A stretch of 64,000 nucleotides of DNA from assembly GCA_046313635.1 (NCBI GenBank), contig JBKBYA010000001.1:288001-352000 (forward strand). Direction: 5' to 3'. The translations under genes and the position numbers were made by a program. Positions 57,601 through 64,000 of this stretch are shown here, in pieces; position 1 is the first letter of the stretch; each line of letters opens with the position of its first letter. The notes below the pieces were generated by a model. That model was not told the origin of the DNA. It worked only from the letters and a program-made list of their open reading frames with translations, and ran no database searches. Source of the stretch: Pyrinomonadaceae bacterium. GTDB taxonomy: Bacteria > Acidobacteriota > Blastocatellia > Pyrinomonadales > Pyrinomonadaceae.

Positions 57601-59806
57601 TCTCTCGGGGCTGCCGAATAACGCAAGCGGCGAGATCAACATCGCTTCAAAGCAGGGAACGATCGCCGGTCAGCCGTACGACGACCTGACGGCCCGCGCG
57701 ATCTTCAGCGGCACGCGTATCGATCTCGAGACGGCGCGGATACGCGTCGGGACCGGCACGCTCGACGCCAAGGGCTCGTACGATACGGCGTCGTCGGCAT
57801 TCGATCTCGATATGCGCGGCAGCAGCGTGCCGCTGCCGCTAATCGCGTCGCTGCTGCCTGAGAATGTCACGCTGCCGGCCGTAGCGGGCAGCGTCGATAT
57901 TACGGCGACGGCCCGCGGGTTTGCCGACCGGCCGGCGACGTTCGACATCAATTTTTCCGGAACGGGTCACGCCGTCGCGATCAACGACAGCCCGGTCGGC
58001 GAGGTGACCTTCAGCGGCAATACGGCGAACCAGGTGCTCAACGCGCAGCTCACCGCGACGCTCGAGGGCCGGCCGCAGCAGATCAACGCGACGCTCAACT
58101 TCGGCAGCGACGACCTGCCGTTCCGCGTCGAGCAGCGATTTGACAGCAGCCCGCTCGGCCCTTTCATCGCTTTCATTCCCGCGCTCAAGAATCTCGCCGT
58201 CACCGGGACGGCGACCGGCGTCGTCCGCTTTGGCGGCAACCTTTCGCGCGTCGATGCTCGCGGCAATCGCGCGATCTCGTACGACGACCTCGCGGGCACC
58301 GCCGAATTTTCGCAGCTCGCGCTGCAGATCGAGGGCTCGCCGCTCGTTGCGGCCGAGCCGGTGTCGATACGATTCAACACGCGCGAGATCGTCTTTGAAC
58401 GCGCACGCTTTGCCGGCGGCGGATCGAATATGACCATCGCCGGGACAAAGGCCCTCGCCGACGACGCCGTCGAGGACCTCACGATCGACGGCCGCGTGAA
58501 TTTGAATTTACTTAATCTCGTCACGCGCGACACCGACGCTTTCTTCTCCGGTTTTGCCGACGTCTCGGTCCGCTACAGCGGCCCGAAGCTCACGGCCCGC
58601 CTCTCGGGCACGGCCAACGTCGACAACGGCTCGGTCTCGACATTTGTCGGCACCGACCGCATCTCGTTCGAGCGGATCAAGACGCGGATCATCTTTTCGT
58701 CAAACCAGGCGCAGATCGACGAAGCGACCGGCTATCTCGGCGGCGGACGCTTTACCGCAAGCGGCGGCGCGCTGCTGAGCGGGCTGAGCCTGCAGGCGTT
58801 TCGCTTCTCGTTCGAGGGCTCGAACGTGACGGCACCGGTGCCGCAGGATTTTGTGACGACCGGCGACGCGAGGCTCGAGATCGCGGGCCGCCGCGCGAGT
58901 CGGGCCGAGCCGCTAGCCGTCTCGGTGACGGGCCGCATCAACGCCGAGCGCAGCCTCTACACGCGAGACATCGACCTCTCCAGCGTCGTCGGCGCGCGTC
59001 GCGAGCAGACGCTCTCGTCGGGCGGGTCGCTGGCGGGCGTTCGCTTTGACATCGCGATCGAGGGCCGCGACGCGCTCGTCGTCCGCAACAATATCGCCGA
59101 TCTCACGGCGTCGGTCTCGCTGCGCGTGACCGGCGAGGCCGAGAACCCGATCATTACGGGACGCATCACCGCGAATGGCGGCACGATCATTTTCAGGCGC
59201 GACCGCTATCAGGTGCAGCGCGGCGTGCTCGAGTTTCCGCCCGATACGACGATCGATCCGATAATCAGCCTCCAGGCCGAGTCCGAGATCGCGGGCTATC
59301 AGATCTTTGTCAATCTCGCCGGGCCGCTGTCAGACACGGCGCAGCTTAACGCGACCGTCCGCTCGAGCCCGGCGCTGCCGCAGGCCGACATCGTCTCGCT
59401 GATCACGACCGGCAGCCTGTCTAACACGTCGGCCGGCATCCCGACGCTCGCGCAGACGGGCATCAACACCGCCGCAGACATTCTGACCGACGCGATCATC
59501 AGCAACCCGGCGCGGCGCGCGACCGACAAGCTGTTTGGCCTGAACGTCTTTGAGCTCGACCCGATCATCTCGGGCGAGCGGCTCGACCCCGGCGCACGGC
59601 TCACCGTCGGCCGGCAGATCAACAACAACCTGCGCGTGACGTACTCGACCAATCTCTCGCAAGACCAGCAGCAGGTGCTCGCGCTCGAATATCGCGTCTC
59701 GAACAAACTCTCGTTCGTCGCGCAGTACGAGCAGCGTTCGCTGTCGAACGTGACACGCAACCGCGACAACTTCAGCTTTGAGATCAGGTTCAGGAGGCGT
59801 TTCTGA
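54665..59806 (+). CDS. tamB: TamB-family translocation/assembly protein
   Basis: N-terminal TM anchor, long beta-rich body, DUF490-like C-terminus (LTVGRQI..LRVTYSTN..FRRRF); adjacent Omp85 gene. Confidence 0.85.
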   Translation: MPEDNEQREDVPQTSEPDDNSSEPVSGDGPARRYLTRRNVLIVTAGLAVLTVVLALLSVVSYRYGVFDSYIKTQFVAKMADMNIAFDADVFRVMIDPLALELKNATFNNRVTGEKLFFIRNARLGLTVDDLYAWQLSRDISVDSTEIEGAEVWIKFDENGRSNFDELTLVQEEGRQRVNFKYDSVRFSLRDAVVHFGDQSRHIGADANNVVFLLEPQESTVEGDPVRYRFDLTTSASRFAYRDSVLEEVALRALGLADKTGADVTELRITTPIGETAMSGRIDDWADPRYRLNVESTVDLTQTSNIFPLGTTLRGVGNFKGVVSGHGETYRIEGTADSQSLQADGVYLKAVNVEGTVAGTNSNYEANGKAVAELLTFEDFRIEFPQLVGNVRGTGSDFKWVGDLQAVALRSGKMTIGRLFLSDAVAEKRDAEIFGTVGAGRAAKFSIGDLEIADLAARNLRFADRPEATTISAGAASSRELAIKNLKLRGVNSASVDVKANRDNADVDLGRVRADGGQLGDARLRGVTADSLSVKDRPGTTDLSARDLRVDRVDLDGSTIAGLEAPEFTLADNPAETVIYSDRARVASVTTDGAVLGSLNIAGIRVTVREGVVRGTSNDIDAGNVTLTKTETLPGGGSLQAVRIAKPVFVLEPSGRYRASADMSIGGGVLGSVDLGAASASVDVSSERVELKNLTASVMNGSVQGDAVIARSPRAASRIDATFTGLDAAKLLALQTGRVLPLEGEAAGSVSVTFAGQNFRTATGTLVADISGAAGAADNADRVPVTGRVELTATNGLVNVDQARLNTASTNATATGRFDLAGQDSNLDLALDSSDASEVERIIRVLGLSPDLERQLDSVGAQFAGALKFNGRLTGNFADPTLAGRASLDTVILKGRDVGAVTTDILVSPAALELTDGLLRDRRGGTIAFNVNVPRYGQNNATVQATLTDVNAGDLLSALPVALPARLRDFTGQTSGKVDLSGLPNNASGEINIASKQGTIAGQPYDDLTARAIFSGTRIDLETARIRVGTGTLDAKGSYDTASSAFDLDMRGSSVPLPLIASLLPENVTLPAVAGSVDITATARGFADRPATFDINFSGTGHAVAINDSPVGEVTFSGNTANQVLNAQLTATLEGRPQQINATLNFGSDDLPFRVEQRFDSSPLGPFIAFIPALKNLAVTGTATGVVRFGGNLSRVDARGNRAISYDDLAGTAEFSQLALQIEGSPLVAAEPVSIRFNTREIVFERARFAGGGSNMTIAGTKALADDAVEDLTIDGRVNLNLLNLVTRDTDAFFSGFADVSVRYSGPKLTARLSGTANVDNGSVSTFVGTDRISFERIKTRIIFSSNQAQIDEATGYLGGGRFTASGGALLSGLSLQAFRFSFEGSNVTAPVPQDFVTTGDARLEIAGRRASRAEPLAVSVTGRINAERSLYTRDIDLSSVVGARREQTLSSGGSLAGVRFDIAIEGRDALVVRNNIADLTASVSLRVTGEAENPIITGRITANGGTIIFRRDRYQVQRGVLEFPPDTTIDPIISLQAESEIAGYQIFVNLAGPLSDTAQLNATVRSSPALPQADIVSLITTGSLSNTSAGIPTLAQTGINTAADILTDAIISNPARRATDKLFGLNVFELDPIISGERLDPGARLTVGRQINNNLRVTYSTNLSQDQQQVLALEYRVSNKLSFVAQYEQRSLSNVTRNRDNFSFEIRFRRRF

Positions 59807-62800
59807 TGCTGCAGAATTACGTCTCTGAACTGGTCGCCCCGCAACTCGACGATCGGGCCCGAAATGCGCGGCCGATGTCACGGCTCGCGGTCGCTGCGAC
59901 GCTGCTCTTTTTACTTTCGCTGCCCCTCGCAGCTCTTGCGCAGAACAGGTTCGAGGACCGTCCGGTCGGCACGATCGAGATCGTCTTTGAAGAGTCGGGC
60001 GACGGCAACGGCGCGGCCGAGCAGTTTCGCGCGGTCGCGGCCGAGGCGGTCGGAGCGCGATATTCGACCGTGAAGATCCGCGATTCGATCGAGGCGCTGC
60101 ACCGCACGGGCAAGATCGTCTCGGTCGAGGTTCGCGCCGCCGAGAATGCGACGGGCGCGGTCGACCTGACCTACGTTATCAAGCGAAAGAACCAGGCCGA
60201 GCGCGTGACGGTCGAGGTCGGCACGGCCGTCGGCGACAAGGTCACCGAGCAGGAGCTGCTCTTTAAGCTCAACCTGCTCGATCCCGGCACGCCGATCTCG
60301 GAGCAGAGCCTTCGCGAGAATGCCAACGTCATCCTCGAGTACCTGCGCGACCGCGGCTATTTCAACGCCGAGGTCACGTATCGCACGCAGCCGCTGCGCG
60401 GGCCGACGGACGTCGCCGTGACCTTCAACGTCGCCCCGGGCACGCAGGCAAAGGTGGTCGCATTCAATATCGACATCAAGGGCTTTGACAACAGCAGATT
60501 CGCAACGGAGATCAAGCTCAAGCCGGGCGAGCTGTTTTCGCGCGAGCGGCTCAACTCAGATCTTGAAAAGATCCGTTCCGTACTGCGCGACGCAAACTAT
60601 CTCGCTCCGCAGCTCGACGACCCGCGCGTCGTCTTTGATCCGGACAAGAACGCGATCAGCATCTCGCTCAACGGCACGGTCGGGCCGCGAGTCGAGGTCA
60701 GCGTCGATGCCGGCAAGGAACTCAGCGTCGGCGACGGCACGCGGCGCAAGCTTTTGCCGATCGAGCGCGAAGGCACGCTCGGCTACGCGGCGATCGTCGA
60801 GGGCGAGCGGCGGCTCGAGAATTACCTGCAGGAGAAAGGATACTTTTTTGCCGACGTGACGCCGGTCTGCGCGGTCGATCCGCCATTCACCGAGGGCGAG
60901 GCGAGCTCGATCGTCAACGATACAGAGTTTCTCTGCTCGGCTCTCGGCAGCGCCGACCTGACCGACCGCAAGGTACGCGTCGTTTACCGCGCCGATCTCA
61001 ACCGCAAGTTCCAGCTCGTCGACATCCGCCTGCGCGGTACCGACCTTTTTACGATCGACGAGATAATGACGGTGCTGCGGTCGCAGGAGGCAAACATCCT
61101 CGGCTACATTCCCATCTTCGGTTACGGCCGCGGCCTGACGAGCGACCGCCTGCTCGAGGAGGACGCCGCCACGATCCGCTCGCTGCTCCGCGAGCTCGGC
61201 TATCGCGACGCGACCGTCAGCGTCAATCGCGGCGTCGCGCCGACCGGCGACGATCTGATCGTCACGTTCGTCGTCGAGCAGGGGCCGCCGACGGTCGTCA
61301 ACGACGTCGAGGTCGCCGGCAACAGTGCGGTCGCGACCACCGAGCTGCGGCCGCTCGTCGAGAACCTCGTCGGCCGCAACTATTCGCGCGCCCGCACGCG
61401 CAACGCCGAGCGGCGTCTCGCCGAGCTCTATTCGGAACGCGGCTACTTTGACGCGCGGATCACGTCGTCGATGATCGAGACCGGCACCGACTCGGCCACC
61501 GGCGACAAGCTGGTCAAGGTCGTCTTTAACATCGAGAACGAGGGCAAAAAGGTCTTTATCAACCGCGTGCTCGTGACCGGCAACGACGACACCAAGTCGA
61601 GCGCGATACTGCGGGCCGTGACGCTGAAACCGAACGAGCTGCTTCGCCGGACGGACGTTTACCAGAGCGAGCAGAACCTGTATTCGACCGACGCGTTCGA
61701 GCGGGTCGACATCAAGCCGACGCCGGCCGGCGAGCGGCCCGGTACCGGCGGCGAAGCGCGGCAGGTCGACGTTATCATCGGCGTCACCGAGCAGGCCCCG
61801 CGGCTGCTGCAGTACGGCGGCGGCTACTCGACCGATCTCGGCGCGAACGGATTCTTCGATATTCGACACGTCAATCTTTTTGGCCGGCTATGGCAGGGCG
61901 GCGCGCGGGTCCGCTGGAGCCAGCGGCAGCAGCTCGTGCAGTTTGATTACATCAACCCGCGCTTTATCCGCGACGGCAAGAACAGATTCGCTCCGCTGAC
62001 CGTCACCGCGCAGTACCAGCGAGATTCGACCGTGACGCGATTTTTCCGCTCGGCGTTCGATCAGGGAACCTTCGGCATCGTCCAGCGGATCGACGAGGAC
62101 GGAAACGCGATCGACGAGTTTGGCCGCCGCGTCGGCGACCCGACGATCAATCGCCTGACGGTCACGGCCGAGACCAACCGCACGATCGATCTCAAGAAGC
62201 GCAGCGTCGTATTTTTCCGCTACAGGTTTGAGGACGTGCGGCTCTTTAATATCGAGAGTCTCCTGATCAAAGACCTGCTGCGGCCCGACCAGCGCGTGAG
62301 GATATCTGGATTTGGCGCGACGTTTGTCCGCGATACTCGCGAGCGGTGCGAGATCAAGTTCTCGATCCTCGAGACGATCGCCCGCGGCGAGCCCGGCGAC
62401 CGCTGCCGGTACAACGCAGACGACCCGACGGGCGGCGATTACCTGACGGCCGAGTACAACGTCTCGATGCCTGTACTGGGCGCAAATATCGGGTTCAACA
62501 AGCTTCAGCTCTCGTACAACCGCTACTTCAGCTTCCCGCAGCTTCGCAACGCGACGGTCGCGACGCGCGTCGTGCTCGGCTTTGCGAACGTGTTTGCACG
62601 CGGCGATCGATTCTCTGATCCGAGCCTGGCCGATCTGCGCGGGATACTGCCGATCAGCGAGCGCTTCTTTGCCGGCGGATCGAATACGCTGCGGGGATTT
62701 GATTTTGAAGCGGCGGGACCGCGCGTGGCGATCGTCCCGCAGGGCGTCTTTAGGCGCAGCAACGGCGAATCTGTGACGCTCAGTCCCTTCACGGTGCCCT

Positions 62801-63153
62801 TCGGCGGCAACGCCCTCGCGGTCGTCAACGTCGAGGGCCGCCTGCCGCTCAACGCCTGGCTCCGCGCGGTGCCTTTTTACGACGGCGGCAACGTGTTTCG
62901 CCGGGTCGGCGACATCTTTAACCCGCCGGACGTACCGCCGAACGACGTCGTCCGCCGCAACCTGCGCGCGGTCTGGACGCACACGGTCGGCCTCGGCCTC
63001 CGGGTAAAGACGCCGATCGGCGGCGAGTTTGGCATCGATTACGGCTACCTGCTCAATCCGCCGGCCTTTCTCATCCCGCAGCCCGACGGCAGCAACGCGA
63101 CGTTTCGCCTGCCGCCCGGGCACGTTCACTTCCGCTTTTCACAGGCGTTTTAG
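59806..63153 (+). CDS. Omp85/BamA/TamA-family outer membrane protein (alternative start 59875)
   Basis: POTRA repeats (GYFxA), ERFFAGGSNTLRGF, FYDGGNV, GLRVKTPIG and terminal QAF. Confidence 0.92.
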   Translation: MLQNYVSELVAPQLDDRARNARPMSRLAVAATLLFLLSLPLAALAQNRFEDRPVGTIEIVFEESGDGNGAAEQFRAVAAEAVGARYSTVKIRDSIEALHRTGKIVSVEVRAAENATGAVDLTYVIKRKNQAERVTVEVGTAVGDKVTEQELLFKLNLLDPGTPISEQSLRENANVILEYLRDRGYFNAEVTYRTQPLRGPTDVAVTFNVAPGTQAKVVAFNIDIKGFDNSRFATEIKLKPGELFSRERLNSDLEKIRSVLRDANYLAPQLDDPRVVFDPDKNAISISLNGTVGPRVEVSVDAGKELSVGDGTRRKLLPIEREGTLGYAAIVEGERRLENYLQEKGYFFADVTPVCAVDPPFTEGEASSIVNDTEFLCSALGSADLTDRKVRVVYRADLNRKFQLVDIRLRGTDLFTIDEIMTVLRSQEANILGYIPIFGYGRGLTSDRLLEEDAATIRSLLRELGYRDATVSVNRGVAPTGDDLIVTFVVEQGPPTVVNDVEVAGNSAVATTELRPLVENLVGRNYSRARTRNAERRLAELYSERGYFDARITSSMIETGTDSATGDKLVKVVFNIENEGKKVFINRVLVTGNDDTKSSAILRAVTLKPNELLRRTDVYQSEQNLYSTDAFERVDIKPTPAGERPGTGGEARQVDVIIGVTEQAPRLLQYGGGYSTDLGANGFFDIRHVNLFGRLWQGGARVRWSQRQQLVQFDYINPRFIRDGKNRFAPLTVTAQYQRDSTVTRFFRSAFDQGTFGIVQRIDEDGNAIDEFGRRVGDPTINRLTVTAETNRTIDLKKRSVVFFRYRFEDVRLFNIESLLIKDLLRPDQRVRISGFGATFVRDTRERCEIKFSILETIARGEPGDRCRYNADDPTGGDYLTAEYNVSMPVLGANIGFNKLQLSYNRYFSFPQLRNATVATRVVLGFANVFARGDRFSDPSLADLRGILPISERFFAGGSNTLRGFDFEAAGPRVAIVPQGVFRRSNGESVTLSPFTVPFGGNALAVVNVEGRLPLNAWLRAVPFYDGGNVFRRVGDIFNPPDVPPNDVVRRNLRAVWTHTVGLGLRVKTPIGGEFGIDYGYLLNPPAFLIPQPDGSNATFRLPPGHVHFRFSQAF

Positions 63154-63168
63154 CCGAGCGCGTTTCGC

Positions 63169-64000
63169 TTAGTTGACCGCTGAAGAAATGATATCGGTGT
63201 CGTTTGCCTCGAGTACGTCGGGCTCGACGACCGAGACGAGTTCGTCGGGCACGAGCGTTCGGTCGTTAGGGTCGGGGAGCGGAATGTCGGGCCGCGGAAC
63301 CGGCGCGTAATTGGTGTGCGTGACGGCCGGAGGCCTGGGCCGTGTCTTGCGAACGGATTTGGTGGTGTACATTCGCTTGTCCGCCGCGATCAGCAGCTGA
63401 TCGAACGACTCGCCCGACTGCGGAAAGCTCGCGGCACCGATACTGACACCCACGCGGGCCTCCGAGTCGCCGACGCGGAGCACAAACTCGCGCACCGCGG
63501 CGTCGATCCGCTGGCACAGCTCGCGTACGTCCTGTGCGGAAGTGTCGGGGACCAAAGCGATGTATTCATCGCCGGCGTACCGCGCAAGAAAGTCGTATTC
63601 GCGGAGCTGCGACGTGATCACTTTGGCGATCTCGGTCAGCATCACATCGCCCGTCTTGTGACCGAAGGAATCGTTGACCTGCTTAAATCCGTCGAGGTCG
63701 AGCATCAATACCTGGAGGCTCGTGCCGCTGCGGCGCGTGCGGGCGGCCTCCTTTTCAAACTGGCGTCTAAGGCTGCGTGCGTTGGGCAGGCCCGTGATCG
63801 GGTCGGTCAGTGCCGAACGCTCCGCTTCGGCGTGCTCGCGAGATTTTGCGATCGCGTCGGCCGCGATCGTCGCGACGGTCTCGAGCAGACGCAGATGCTC
63901 TTCGCCGTACTCGGGCAGCGAGTTTGTATAAACCTCGATCGCCCCGATGACGCGGTCGTCCGTCGCGAGCGGAAGCGCCGCCGCGGCCCTAAAGTCGAGC
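63169..64000 (-). CDS. GAF-GGDEF diguanylate cyclase, partial (5' end beyond the window)
   Basis: Frame extends upstream through ALTDPITGLPNAR; DLDGFKQVNDSFGH, RxxD I-site and RYAGDEY. Confidence 0.88.
   Translation of the reverse strand, partial: LDFRAAAALPLATDDRVIGAIEVYTNSLPEYGEEHLRLLETVATIAADAIAKSREHAEAERSALTDPITGLPNARSLRRQFEKEAARTRRSGTSLQVLMLDLDGFKQVNDSFGHKTGDVMLTEIAKVITSQLREYDFLARYAGDEYIALVPDTSAQDVRELCQRIDAAVREFVLRVGDSEARVGVSIGAASFPQSGESFDQLLIAADKRMYTTKSVRKTRPRPPAVTHTNYAPVPRPDIPLPDPNDRTLVPDELVSVVEPDVLEANDTDIISSAVN

Noticed and set aside
63560..63590. AGDEY motif as evidence of an inactive cyclase
   Set aside because: First-position variants of GGDEF can be active and the other catalytic motifs are intact; activity cannot be judged from sequence.

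Overview
This is a GC-rich bacterial chromosomal window. Gene content (kinase-TolB fusion, VWA protein, DUF1844, TamAB) suggests Acidobacteriota, probably Blastocatellia/Pyrinomonadaceae; that assignment is inference. Most of the window is housekeeping: tRNA-Ala(GGC), trxB, thyA, asnB, pip, tatA, ribF, nrdAB, mazG, serS, galU, ribB fusion, tamB/tamA. Three layers stand out. (1) An accessory island at about 37.5-48.3 kb carries a MazEF-type TA pair and a decayed, non-canonical Rhs polymorphic toxin locus. The locus has three tip/immunity modules (two zincin-like, one M23-like) that share an IPDFxDAS junction and are separated by mobile-element scars. The Rhs gene is broken by a 33-bp insert flanked by a perfect 28-bp duplication, the same geometry as a type I-E Cas1-Cas2 spacer integration. 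(2) Between about 9.6 and 22.9 kb most gene junctions are filled by inverted arrays of 7-10-bp tandem repeats, and one array lies in frame inside a gene. (3) REP-like hairpins with compensatory changes and two internally deleted RAYT-like transposase scars are present, one of them supplying the nrdA stop codon. nrdAB also has tandem NrdR boxes and an atypical cobalamin-riboswitch-like leader. All family calls are by eye; no searches were run.
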